From Verrucomicrobiota bacterium (GTDB taxonomy: Bacteria; Verrucomicrobiota; Verrucomicrobiia; Opitutales; Cerasicoccaceae), in contig JBCBUK010000001.1 in the NCBI GenBank assembly GCA_039818205.1, forward strand, positions 480,001 through 544,000: DNA of 64,000 nt. Direction: 5' to 3'. Every line of letters starts with the position of its first letter. The stretch's first letter is position 1. A program made the translations under genes and the position numbers. This document shows, piece by piece, positions 31,685 through 41,355 of this stretch. Below the pieces are notes generated by a model that was not told where the DNA came from, did not search any database, and saw only the letters and a program-made list of their open reading frames with translations.

Positions 31685-32542
31685 TCATGGTCGCACACTA
31701 GGCGGATGCCCAAAATGCGCCTTATACGCACGACTGAAATCATTGAAATGATGATATCCAAGGAGGAAAGCGACTTCCTTTACCTGCATCCCCCGTTCAT
31801 TCAACATGCGCGCAGCATGATCCATGCGCAGACAATGAAAGAAATCTGCCGGACTTCGATTAGTGGCTGCCTTGAACAATCGATACAGCGATGACTGGGA
31901 AACATCCAGATAGTCACACAAACGAGCAATCGGCTCCTTACTATCTAGGTGCGTCTTCATCCATTGTTGCGCCTGCTGAAACCGCTTCTCACTCTGGTCA
32001 CCCCCGGCCTCTGATTCAATCAGTCGCTCAACTAGGATCTCAAAAATCAATCGACACCCGTGCAGGTATTTAAGCGTTCGTTCATTGTAGTCGAGGACCT
32101 CGCGCCGGCATTGATTATGATTCTGCCGAAACGGCTGGGACTTACCGCGTGGTATCCGCCGAATAAAATGTCCATCACGATCGGCATTCGGAGAAAAATC
32201 GCTGCTAAACTCGGTCCACATCCATTGCAGAAATTTGCAGTTACTATCATCGATTGAAGCCCAGCCAAACGGACAATCCGGGCCGATAAAAACCAACTGC
32301 CTCGGTGCCAATCGCACCGTCTTCCCACGAATCACCATGCTTGGCGTCCCTTCTTCGATCACCGTGCAAACCCAGCCATCGTGCTGACATTCCGGCAAAA
32401 ACTCTTTGCTGAAATCACGCCTCCCCCAAGCCAAGTATCCCAGCTGGGACCCGGAATCCGCGTCTGCCTTCCAGAAAGAGCGATCTTTTGTCGGCAAGTA
32501 GAGACTTCTGTAATCGGTTTCCAATATAGCATCATTAGTCAA
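31685..32542 (-). CDS. AraC-family transcriptional regulator (cupin sensor)
   Basis: C-terminal VSQSSLYRLFK...VKEVAFLLGY..FNDFSRAYK..FG.PP; divergent from the oxygenase operon; TTG start. Confidence 0.9.
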   Translation of the reverse strand: MTNDAILETDYRSLYLPTKDRSFWKADADSGSQLGYLAWGRRDFSKEFLPECQHDGWVCTVIEEGTPSMVIRGKTVRLAPRQLVFIGPDCPFGWASIDDSNCKFLQWMWTEFSSDFSPNADRDGHFIRRIPRGKSQPFRQNHNQCRREVLDYNERTLKYLHGCRLIFEILVERLIESEAGGDQSEKRFQQAQQWMKTHLDSKEPIARLCDYLDVSQSSLYRLFKAATNRSPADFFHCLRMDHAARMLNERGMQVKEVAFLLGYHHFNDFSRAYKAHFGHPPSVRP

Positions 32543-32650
32543 ATGATTTTCGAGGCAATATCAAGCTATTTGCCAATTACAAACGCCTATGGTGTCGTTA
32601 AGGAATGGTGATCGGAGCCTCCGCAGCTCCCATAAGCCCCACGCAATGCA

Positions 32651-34957
32651 ATGAGCACCCTTACCGCAGAGAAAGAACGCTTGCCCAACGACCCACCGGT
32701 CCAACCGATGGACTACAGTTTGATCGGCACGGAATCCAAACGGGCAATCGAACAAGGCTTAGCCGAGGCGGATTGGTACACGACACCCATTCCGCGAGAA
32801 GAGCTGAAACAACTGCTCACACGAAGAGATTGGCCCGCAATTCGCGACTGCTTCATATACTTTGGGCTGATTGCTTTTTTCGGCGTAGCCACCTACAGCC
32901 TTTGGGGAAGCTGGTGGGCCTTCCTACCAATGATGGCATACGGAATCCTTTGGGCCTCAGCCTCGGATGCCCGCTGGCATGAATCCAGCCACGGCACGGC
33001 TTTCAAAACCGATTGGTTGAACAACCTATTGTATGAAGTCGCATCCTTCATGGTTCTACGCGAATCAGTTCCCTGGCGTTGGAGCCATACTCGACACCAT
33101 AGCGACACGATCATTGTTGGACGCGACCCCGAGATCGCAGTTCCCCGCCCACCCAATCTCCGGCAGATGCTCCTTAAGTGCATCAACTTCCAAGCCTTTC
33201 GTCGCTATCTCAAGAACATCACCCTCCACAGCCTTGGACGTGTTGCGGCCGAAGAAGCCGCCTTTATCCCCGAGAGCGAATACCCAAAGGTCTTCCTAAG
33301 AGCACGTATCTATGCCACGATCTACCTGGCAATTATCGCATTGGCGATCGTCTACCAAACCTGGCTTCCCTTCGTGTTTGTCCTGGGACCCAATCTCTAT
33401 GGGGCTTGGCTCATGCCCATCTACGGGTGGACCCAGCATGCGGGCCTCGCTGAGAATGTCCTCGACCACCGGCTCAACTGCCGGACGATTTCGATGAACT
33501 TCGTTCATCGCTTCCTTTACTGGAACATGAACTACCACCTGGAACATCATATGTTCCCGTTAGTACCCTACCATCAATTGCCGAATCTACACCAACTAAT
33601 CAAAGACGATTGTCCAGCGCCCTACCCAGGCTTAATCGCGGCCTACAAAGAGATCATCCCAACAGTACTCCGGCAGATCAAGGACCCAGGATACTACGTT
33701 AAACGGAGCCTGCCTGCCTCGGCAAAATCGACCCGAAACCATGACAATAGAAACAGCACCATTGAAGCTCGAGACACGGGGAGCGGCTGGCTCGACCTGG
33801 GCGCTGCGGATCGACTCTATCCCAATGAAATAACTCGGCTAGACCACGCAGGCCGCACCTACGCAATCTATCGCACAAAGAGCGGGCACTACTACGCGAC
33901 CGATGGCATCTGCACCCATGGCAATACTCACCTCGCGGATGGCTTTCTCAAAGGTGAAACCATTGAATGCCCAAAGCACAACGGGCGCTTTAACATTAAA
34001 GATGGCGCAGCCGTTCGGCATCCGGCCTGTGTTGCACTGAAGACCTATCCCGTGAAAGCAGATGGCGGACGCCTCCTTATCAATCTTGAAGCTGCCAGCG
34101 GCCTCGGCGCGAAAGAGCAGGCGTATCAACTCCGCGTAGTTCGCTCGCAGTACGTTGCCACATTTATCAAAGAAATAGTACTAGAACCCGCCGAGGAGAA
34201 TGGGTTGCCAGACTATCAGCCGGGGCAATATCTCCAATTTGAGATCCCAGCCTTCAACGAGATCTCGTTCAGTAACTTCAATGTTCCGGAACCTTATTCC
34301 TCAGTCTGGAAAGCTAACCATCTCTTCGATTATTGCTCAACAAACTCGGCAATCATTCGCCGCAATTATTCCTTAGCAACCTCTCCGCAAGCTGCGAAAA
34401 ATGAACTGCGTTTCAATGTTCGCATCGCAACGCCGCCTCGGGGGCTCGACTGCGACGCTGGTGTCGGCTCAAGCTACATGCACAGCCTAAGCGCAGGCGA
34501 TATCGTAACAGTCTACGGCCCCTACGGCGACTTCGAGATCAAGGACAGCGAGCGAGAAATGGTTTATATCGGCGGCGGCGCGGGCATGGCCCCGCTACGC
34601 TCGCACATCTCACATCTATTTAATACACTGCGCACAAAACGCACGGTTAGCTATTGGTATGGAGCCCGCTCGAAGCAGGAAGTGTTTTACGAAGAATACT
34701 TTCGCGCCCTGGAGAAATCGTTTCCGAATTTCACGTTTCACATTGCGCTTTCCGAACCCCAGGAGAACGACAATTGGGATGGCCCAACCGGATTCATCCA
34801 TGAGGTCGTGCGGGAACGATTGCTGTCTGAGCACCCGAATCCAGAAGGCCTCGAGTATTACTTATGTGGCCCGCCACCAATGATTCAAGCCACCCAAAGT
34901 ATGCTCACAGACGAGTGGGGCGTCTCCCAGAACAACATTGCCTTCGACGAGTTCTAG
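32651..34957 (+). CDS. Fusion of a MocD-like membrane di-iron (fatty acid desaturase family) oxygenase, a MocE-like Rieske ferredoxin and an NqrF-like FAD/NAD(P)H reductase
   Basis: His boxes HESSH, HTRHH, QH, HLEHH (aa 1-355); Rieske CTH...CPKH (aa ~378-480); RRNYSLA, GVGSSYM, GGGAGMAP, YLCGPPPM, terminal FDEF (aa ~490-768); one uninterrupted frame. Confidence 0.88.
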   Translation: MSTLTAEKERLPNDPPVQPMDYSLIGTESKRAIEQGLAEADWYTTPIPREELKQLLTRRDWPAIRDCFIYFGLIAFFGVATYSLWGSWWAFLPMMAYGILWASASDARWHESSHGTAFKTDWLNNLLYEVASFMVLRESVPWRWSHTRHHSDTIIVGRDPEIAVPRPPNLRQMLLKCINFQAFRRYLKNITLHSLGRVAAEEAAFIPESEYPKVFLRARIYATIYLAIIALAIVYQTWLPFVFVLGPNLYGAWLMPIYGWTQHAGLAENVLDHRLNCRTISMNFVHRFLYWNMNYHLEHHMFPLVPYHQLPNLHQLIKDDCPAPYPGLIAAYKEIIPTVLRQIKDPGYYVKRSLPASAKSTRNHDNRNSTIEARDTGSGWLDLGAADRLYPNEITRLDHAGRTYAIYRTKSGHYYATDGICTHGNTHLADGFLKGETIECPKHNGRFNIKDGAAVRHPACVALKTYPVKADGGRLLINLEAASGLGAKEQAYQLRVVRSQYVATFIKEIVLEPAEENGLPDYQPGQYLQFEIPAFNEISFSNFNVPEPYSSVWKANHLFDYCSTNSAIIRRNYSLATSPQAAKNELRFNVRIATPPRGLDCDAGVGSSYMHSLSAGDIVTVYGPYGDFEIKDSEREMVYIGGGAGMAPLRSHISHLFNTLRTKRTVSYWYGARSKQEVFYEEYFRALEKSFPNFTFHIALSEPQENDNWDGPTGFIHEVVRERLLSEHPNPEGLEYYLCGPPPMIQATQSMLTDEWGVSQNNIAFDEF

Positions 34958-34975
34958 GCGACTCGACTTAGAAAC

Positions 34976-35956
34976 ATGAACTACCAACCATTTGGACAGA
35001 CTGGGTTCCAAACCTTTCCGATTGCCTTTGGCGCCATGCGCATTGAGGCCAATGAGCGAGGTTACTCAAGCCCCCTCCTCCACGCCCTCGAACGTGGAAT
35101 TAACTTCGTCGACACCGCGCGTAACTATGGCCAAAGCGAAGAGGTCGTGGCCCGCACCCTCAAAGAATGGCGAGGCGAACAACCCTTTATCGCAACCAAG
35201 GTTAAACCGCTCGACGTAGCGAACTGGCGTTTCTACGTCCCCCTCGAAGAGCAGTTTACACCAGAGAGCATCCGAGCATCTGTTGAGACAAGTTTAACGA
35301 CACTGGGCATCGACTGCATTGACCTTATTCAGCTGCATCAATGGTATTACTTATGGTCGCATCGACCGGAGTGGCTTGAATCCCTTCTAAGTTTACAGAG
35401 TGAGGGAAAGGTTCGATTCATTGGCGTTAGCGCTCAGGACCACGAGCACGATGCCATCCTCCCTTTGATAGATAACAATGTCGTCGACGCGGTTCAGATC
35501 TTCTTCAACGCCTTCGAATCTCGGCCGCGTGTGAGCGCCCTTCCGTTGGCTCAACAATGCTGTGTCGGCGTTATTGGGCGATGCACCTTTGACCACTCAG
35601 GATCGCTAGCAACGGGAGGCAATCGAGAGACTCTCGCCGAGGACATAAAACTCGCCAATGCGTCTAAAGAGATCGTGACCGAATACCTCAATCGAATCGA
35701 TCGGCTCCGCTCCGAATTTTGCGACGGCGATTGTTCGTTGGCCGAGCTCTCAATCCGTTTCGCCCTTTCCCACCCAGGCATGTCAAACCTCGCAATCTCA
35801 CTGGCGGACGAGTCTCAAGTAGATGCCGCAATCGTGGCTGCCGACCGAGGTCCACTCCCGCAGGAGATCGTGGAGCGAATCACCAAGGACCACGTTTGGG
35901 TCAAAAACTTCTATTACTTTAGCCGGAGGACAGTCGATGGAAACTCTAGCCAATGA
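34976..35956 (+). CDS. Aldo/keto reductase
   Basis: FVDTARNYG.SEE, IATKV, IDLIQLH, GKVRFIGVS. Confidence 0.88.
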   Translation: MNYQPFGQTGFQTFPIAFGAMRIEANERGYSSPLLHALERGINFVDTARNYGQSEEVVARTLKEWRGEQPFIATKVKPLDVANWRFYVPLEEQFTPESIRASVETSLTTLGIDCIDLIQLHQWYYLWSHRPEWLESLLSLQSEGKVRFIGVSAQDHEHDAILPLIDNNVVDAVQIFFNAFESRPRVSALPLAQQCCVGVIGRCTFDHSGSLATGGNRETLAEDIKLANASKEIVTEYLNRIDRLRSEFCDGDCSLAELSIRFALSHPGMSNLAISLADESQVDAAIVAADRGPLPQEIVERITKDHVWVKNFYYFSRRTVDGNSSQ

Positions 35957-36671
35957 TCACCCTCAGCCAATACCAGTGAGTTTCGTGTTTGATGATGGCT
36001 TCACTGCCAGTTGCCTGAAGATCGCCGACGTATTTGAGTCTCGCGGCCTACGGGCAACCTTTGCCGTATTAGTCGATCACGATGGCTTTATGCCGGACTT
36101 TCCCAAAGGAGACTTTCAGCTCTGGAACGAACTCCTCGACCGTGGCCATGAAATCCATCCTCACGGTTTGGACCATTCCGATCTGACAACAATCTCCCAT
36201 GAAGACGCCGACCGTATGATCGATGATTGCTTGAACTTTTTCCAAGAGAACCTTTCTGATTTCAAGGTAGCCGACACCGTATACCACCTCACCTACAATC
36301 GGTCGACACCCTCAATAGACTCTCACCTTCTGAATCGTGTTGCTGCCATCCGAACCAACGGGAAAACTAGCAAATCCGGAACAGGGCTCAATACCCTTAA
36401 CGATCTTAGCTCGCGCATTATCAAGTGCACTGGACACGGCCCGGGCCACTGCGACGAACACCTCCAACAGTGCCTCAGCCATGCTGAGGAATCCAACGCT
36501 GCTCAATTCTGTTATATGCTGCATGGTCTAGACAATGAAGGCTGGGGCCCAATCAGCCAACAAGGCCTCGAAGAATCGCTCGACACAATACTGGTATCGA
36601 ATCGCTTGTTCTATCAACCCATCGGCTCCTTTGTTCTTGAGCATGTAAAACCAGCCTCAGCGAATGGATAA
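35937..36671 (+). CDS. Polysaccharide deacetylase (NodB/CE4-like) domain protein
   Basis: SFVFDDG, RATF, GHEIHPHGLDH, MLHG; ATG 35937 preceded by GGAGG; no signal peptide. Confidence 0.75.
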   Translation: METLANDHPQPIPVSFVFDDGFTASCLKIADVFESRGLRATFAVLVDHDGFMPDFPKGDFQLWNELLDRGHEIHPHGLDHSDLTTISHEDADRMIDDCLNFFQENLSDFKVADTVYHLTYNRSTPSIDSHLLNRVAAIRTNGKTSKSGTGLNTLNDLSSRIIKCTGHGPGHCDEHLQQCLSHAEESNAAQFCYMLHGLDNEGWGPISQQGLEESLDTILVSNRLFYQPIGSFVLEHVKPASANG

Positions 36672-37689
36672 GATTAAAACCGCAATAATCGGCTATGGGC
36701 GAACGGCCCAAAACCTGCACGCAGCTGGCCTGCGCTCCAACAGCGAATCGTTTCAGGTCAACGCCGTTGCAGGTGTAACGCCAGGCAATCTCGAACAGGC
36801 AAAAGCAGATTTTAACTGCGAGACCTACACGAACTATCAGGCGATGCTCCAGGAGCAAGATCTCGACTTGGCCATCGTAACGACTCGCAATCACCAGCAT
36901 TGCAGCATGGCTATTGATGCGCTCAATAGCGGCGCGCATGTTCTGGTTACCAAGCCAATTGGCATCAACCAAATAGAGGTTGAGCGCATCTATGACGCAG
37001 CGGAGAAGGCTGGCCGCAAAGTCTTCCCTTATCTGCCAGCGCGGTGGGGAAGCGACTTTCGCCGCATCCAGGAGATCGTTAACTCAGGAGAGATCGGCAA
37101 GGTCTTTTCAATCCGTCGTTCAGTGTATGGCTTTGCCACCCGTGATGATTGGCAAACAGAAACCCAATCGGGTGGTGGCATCATCCTCAACTGGGGAGCG
37201 CACCTGATCGATCCACCAATGCAAATCGCCGGCGGTAACCCCAAACAACTTTATGGGTCATGTAGACGACTTCTCAACTCCGGTGATGCCGAAGACTGCT
37301 TCTACTCGATAATCGAAATGGACAACGGTATTCGAGTCCACGCGGAGTGGTCGTTTGCGCCAAAGGGCTTGGCGAATTGGTTTGTCCAAGGAACCCGTGG
37401 CGCTATCATCGTCAACGGAACGCAGCTTGAAGTCCATGCTGGCGAGCCGTCAAAACCAAGCGACCCCACCTGTTTCAAAAACATGGAGGGCAACGGATAC
37501 AACTCACGAGAGGAAACGCTCAGCGACGCAATCTACGGAGACCCCGTTGAGATCTATCGTTCGGTGGCTCAAGACCTATTTCACCGCATTCCGTTTCCCA
37601 TTGTAAAGAATGATGTAGTCCAACTCACTCGGGCGATGGACGCCATCAAGGTCGCTCAAAACTCCAGCCAACTGATTCAATTATCATGA
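36664..37689 (+). CDS. Gfo/Idh/MocA oxidoreductase
   Basis: IIGYGRTA, HVLVTKP, GGGIILNWGAHLID. Confidence 0.9.
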   Translation: MDKIKTAIIGYGRTAQNLHAAGLRSNSESFQVNAVAGVTPGNLEQAKADFNCETYTNYQAMLQEQDLDLAIVTTRNHQHCSMAIDALNSGAHVLVTKPIGINQIEVERIYDAAEKAGRKVFPYLPARWGSDFRRIQEIVNSGEIGKVFSIRRSVYGFATRDDWQTETQSGGGIILNWGAHLIDPPMQIAGGNPKQLYGSCRRLLNSGDAEDCFYSIIEMDNGIRVHAEWSFAPKGLANWFVQGTRGAIIVNGTQLEVHAGEPSKPSDPTCFKNMEGNGYNSREETLSDAIYGDPVEIYRSVAQDLFHRIPFPIVKNDVVQLTRAMDAIKVAQNSSQLIQLS

Positions 37690-38615
37690 TTTTTTTAACC
37701 GGTTTCGCCGATGAAGCGGCCGACAATATTGACGGGCAGATTCGCGCGATTCAGCAGCTTGGCTGGTCGCACATCGAGCTGCGTTCGATCGACAAGATTA
37801 ACATCACCGATATCCCCAACAAGGACTTCGAGATCGTCGCCGACCAAATCGAAAAGGCCAACCTTCAAGTCAATGCCTTTGGCTCGACGATATGCAACTG
37901 GGGAAAGTCGATTCTCGAACCGATGGACCGGGATCTTGAAGAGATCGAACGCGCAATCCCGCGAATGCAAGCACTGGGCACGAGGTACGTTCGGATCATG
38001 AGCTATGGCGTGCTCCGCGACCGCGATCCAAACGATCAATTTGTTGAAGAACGAATCAAGCGACTTAACCAAGTCGTCGAGCGTTTTGCCGACGCTGGAT
38101 TGCAAGCATTGCACGAGAACTGCGCCAACTATGGCGGGATGGGCTGGCAGTTCACTCAGCGGCTCCTCGACGGCGTGCCCGGACTTCAGCTGATCTTTGA
38201 CACCGCTAACCCAGCAACAACCTTGGACCGCTCAAAGCCGATGCCCTACCCCACGCAATCGCCATGGGAGTTCTATCAGAATGTGCGCGATCACATCGCC
38301 CATGTGCACGTTAAAGATGGGCGCTTCATCGCCGACAATCCTGACTCGATTTTCGAAGACGCAGAATACGTTTGGCCCGGTGAAGGCGACGGTGACGTCA
38401 AACGTATCGTCGAAGACCTCATCCATAACGGGTACCAGGGTGGCTTCAGCATCGAGCCTCATCTGTCCGTCGTCTATCATGACGAGAACCAGAACAGTCC
38501 CAAACAATACCGATTCGAGAGCTTCATCGAATACGGCAAGCGCCTAGAACGAATCATCGACGAAATTCGAAACAACGCCGCAAGCACCCAACCGACCGCC
38601 ACTAAACTCCCATGA
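37686..38615 (+). CDS. Sugar-phosphate isomerase/epimerase (xylose-isomerase-like TIM barrel)
   Basis: TGFADE, IELR, LHEN, FDTAN, HVHVKD, PGEGDG, SIEPH. Confidence 0.88.
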   Translation: MIFLTGFADEAADNIDGQIRAIQQLGWSHIELRSIDKINITDIPNKDFEIVADQIEKANLQVNAFGSTICNWGKSILEPMDRDLEEIERAIPRMQALGTRYVRIMSYGVLRDRDPNDQFVEERIKRLNQVVERFADAGLQALHENCANYGGMGWQFTQRLLDGVPGLQLIFDTANPATTLDRSKPMPYPTQSPWEFYQNVRDHIAHVHVKDGRFIADNPDSIFEDAEYVWPGEGDGDVKRIVEDLIHNGYQGGFSIEPHLSVVYHDENQNSPKQYRFESFIEYGKRLERIIDEIRNNAASTQPTATKLP

Positions 38616-39931
38616 GCTCCGCGAACCAAACTCCGGCCGAAAGCAAAGAACGCATGACGCCCTACCATTGGACGGTCGTCATCCTCGCCTCTCTCGGTTG
38701 GCTTTTCGACTGCATGGACCAACGCTTGTTTGTCCTCGCCCGCGAAGCCGCAGTAAACGCCTTGGTTGGTGACACCGTTGATGCCTCCCTTATCAAAACT
38801 TACATTGGCTACGCGACGACTTCGATGATTCTAGGTTGGGCGACTGGCGGTATCATTATCGGTATGTTCAGCGACCGATATGGACGCGTCAAATCCCTGG
38901 CAATCACTCTGATCCTCTACTCCCTTTTTACTGGCCTGTCCGGTATCGCCCAAAGTTGGAACGAATTCATGATTTATCGCTTTGTTGCCGGTATCGGAAT
39001 CGGTGGCATGTTTGGCTCAGCGACGACTTTGGTCGCGGAGTCTATTCCGGGAAGGTTCCGCCCGGTTGCGCTCGGGGCGCTGCAAACTCTCGCCGCCCTA
39101 GGCAATATCATGGGCTCGATGGTCTCGCTCGTTATTCCCCCAAGTGCTACCGAAACGTTCATCGGATTTGAAGGTTGGCGCACGCTCTTCTTTATCGGAA
39201 TAATCCCAGCGCTTCTCGTTGCTCCCATGCTCGGCTTTTTGAAGGAACCTGAGCCATGGATCAAAATGAAGGAGGACCTCCGCAAAGGGGTTACAGGGAC
39301 AAAAGCGGGCTCACCAATCGAAATGTTTCGCCATCCCACTTGGCGCAAGCACGCCTTGATCGGCCTCTTCCTTGGCGTCGCTGGTATGGTTGGTCTTTGG
39401 GGTATCGGGTTCTTCTCACCGGAACTCATCTCGACAGCACTTGAGGGCGAACCACAGGACAAGATCGATCGGGTCCGAGCTTGGGGAACCGCGCTACAAG
39501 ACATTGGCTCCTTCTTGGGTATGGCGGCCTTTACCACGATCGCAACGATGCTCAGTCGTCGGCTCGCTTTCCTCATGTCGTTCACGCTTTGCTTCGTGAC
39601 TACCGTATTCGTATTCAACTCCCTGAATTCAGCATCCGACGCCTACTGGATGCTCCCAATAATGGGATTTGCTCAGCTCTCATTGTTCGCCGGTTACTCC
39701 ATATATTTCCCCGAACTTTTCCCGACCCGCTTGCGTGGAACCGGCGTTGGATTCTGCTATAATACCGTACGATATCTTGCCGCACCGGCTCCAATCCTAC
39801 TCGGCTACCTCAGCACTTTGCTGCCCTTCAGAATCGCCGCAAGTATCATGGCCGGTATTTACATCATGGGAATCATCGCACTTATCTGGGCACCTGAAAC
39901 GAAAGGCAAAGCCCTGCCTGAGGACGACTAG
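38612..39931 (+). CDS. MFS transporter
   Basis: GWLFDCMD, SDRYGR, RFVAGIGIGG, PELFPTRLRGTG, APETKG. Confidence 0.93.
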   Translation: MSSANQTPAESKERMTPYHWTVVILASLGWLFDCMDQRLFVLAREAAVNALVGDTVDASLIKTYIGYATTSMILGWATGGIIIGMFSDRYGRVKSLAITLILYSLFTGLSGIAQSWNEFMIYRFVAGIGIGGMFGSATTLVAESIPGRFRPVALGALQTLAALGNIMGSMVSLVIPPSATETFIGFEGWRTLFFIGIIPALLVAPMLGFLKEPEPWIKMKEDLRKGVTGTKAGSPIEMFRHPTWRKHALIGLFLGVAGMVGLWGIGFFSPELISTALEGEPQDKIDRVRAWGTALQDIGSFLGMAAFTTIATMLSRRLAFLMSFTLCFVTTVFVFNSLNSASDAYWMLPIMGFAQLSLFAGYSIYFPELFPTRLRGTGVGFCYNTVRYLAAPAPILLGYLSTLLPFRIAASIMAGIYIMGIIALIWAPETKGKALPEDD

Positions 39932-40188
39932 TCACCACGGCTCAGTGGAACCACACACCACTTCCTAACGCGGGCGCTCGGCGAACCTGCCATCTGGAAA
40001 TCTGCGAACCCAACTTGTAAACAGTTTGCTAAAAAATGACCATAAGCAGAAGCCCTCATTGTTTTAGATGGAAACAAACCATATAATACACGTGTTAAGT
40101 TCGAACTGACCCCCCAATATACAGCCCTCCCCAATATACGGTCCGAACACCTATCCTGCCTCCCCTAACTCTCAACCCCTGAAAACGT

Positions 40189-41340
40189 ATGAGAAAAAAC
40201 CGTCTCGTATGGGCTGTACCTGTGTGCTGTCTCATCGCATCACTATCGACTACCTCAATGCACGCGGCAACGCGTTACCTCTCGAACTATTCCGGCGACT
40301 TCAAATCACGCATGACCGCTGCGGTCAATCAGTCCAGCAGTGGCGACGTGATTAGCGTCAACGTAAACCTCAATGCAAATAGTCCCTACACACTGACCAA
40401 GAGCGGCCTAACCTTGACCGGCAACGGAACAATAACCGCAAACGGCAGCAAAATACTCAACCTAAAGGCAAGCAATACCACCATCAAGAACATCACGTTT
40501 AATGGTGGAACCCGCACGATTGATGTTACCTCAAATGGAACCCTGAACAACATCACCTTTGACAATGTGAAGGTGAAAAACGGGCCTTACCGAGGCATTG
40601 GTTTCTATGAAACCAATATAAACAACATTACGGTCAAAAACTGTACCTTCACGAACAAACCGTTCTCTGTGGAGATCCATGACTGCGCGATGGCCACGAA
40701 TGTGACCATCACCAACAATACCTTCAACTCGAGTGATCATCAGGTTTCGCTCGATTGTGCCGACCTCGGGAACAACCTGAATCACAGCAACATCCGCATC
40801 ACTAACAACACCTTCAACGTGACGGCTCGCCATAACCTTGCGCTGGCAAACATGAAGGCCAGCCTAATCAAAGGGAATGTTATGAAAGGTGGAACCGCTG
40901 GCTACACCCAGTGTGTGCACATCGAAGACCGCACCCGAGGAGCCTACATCAAGGAAAACCAAATGACTAACTGGGGCAATGGAAGTGGCTCTGGCGATGC
41001 CGTGATCATCTACACAACCGATCGATTCGGTCACGGAACCGGCGCTCTCCTTACCCCACAACAAAAGCGCGCCTACGCATCTGGTCCCGTATCACTCGAG
41101 AATAATACGATCATTGGCGCCGGGCGGCATGGCGTGCTGATCAGCTACTTACAAGGGAAAGCCAACTTTTGGGGAAATAACCAAACCCTCAAAGGAAACA
41201 ACAAGGCGATCTTCAAGAGCAACATCGTGAATACCTCCCAGCTCAACATCGCAGATTCAACCAAGTTCAAAAACAATCGGACTTGGGGCGTCTTAAAGAA
41301 CTGGTCGCCCAGCGCAAGAAGCGGTTACGTCAACTTCTAG
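40189..41340 (+). CDS. Secreted right-handed parallel beta-helix protein
   Basis: Signal peptide; repeated NITF/NITVKNCTF/NVTITNNTF/NIRITNNTF units; Asn-rich. Confidence 0.75.
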   Translation: MRKNRLVWAVPVCCLIASLSTTSMHAATRYLSNYSGDFKSRMTAAVNQSSSGDVISVNVNLNANSPYTLTKSGLTLTGNGTITANGSKILNLKASNTTIKNITFNGGTRTIDVTSNGTLNNITFDNVKVKNGPYRGIGFYETNINNITVKNCTFTNKPFSVEIHDCAMATNVTITNNTFNSSDHQVSLDCADLGNNLNHSNIRITNNTFNVTARHNLALANMKASLIKGNVMKGGTAGYTQCVHIEDRTRGAYIKENQMTNWGNGSGSGDAVIIYTTDRFGHGTGALLTPQQKRAYASGPVSLENNTIIGAGRHGVLISYLQGKANFWGNNQTLKGNNKAIFKSNIVNTSQLNIADSTKFKNNRTWGVLKNWSPSARSGYVNF

Positions 41341-41355
41341 CAATACAATAACGCT

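Noticed and set aside
34118..34957. nqrF (Na+-NQR subunit F) call
   Set aside because: No nqrA-E nearby, no NqrF N-terminal anchor or plant-type 2Fe-2S; it is the reductase domain of a fusion.
40189..41340. GH82 iota-carrageenase call
   Set aside because: Fold class fits but I could not recognise the GH82 catalytic motif.
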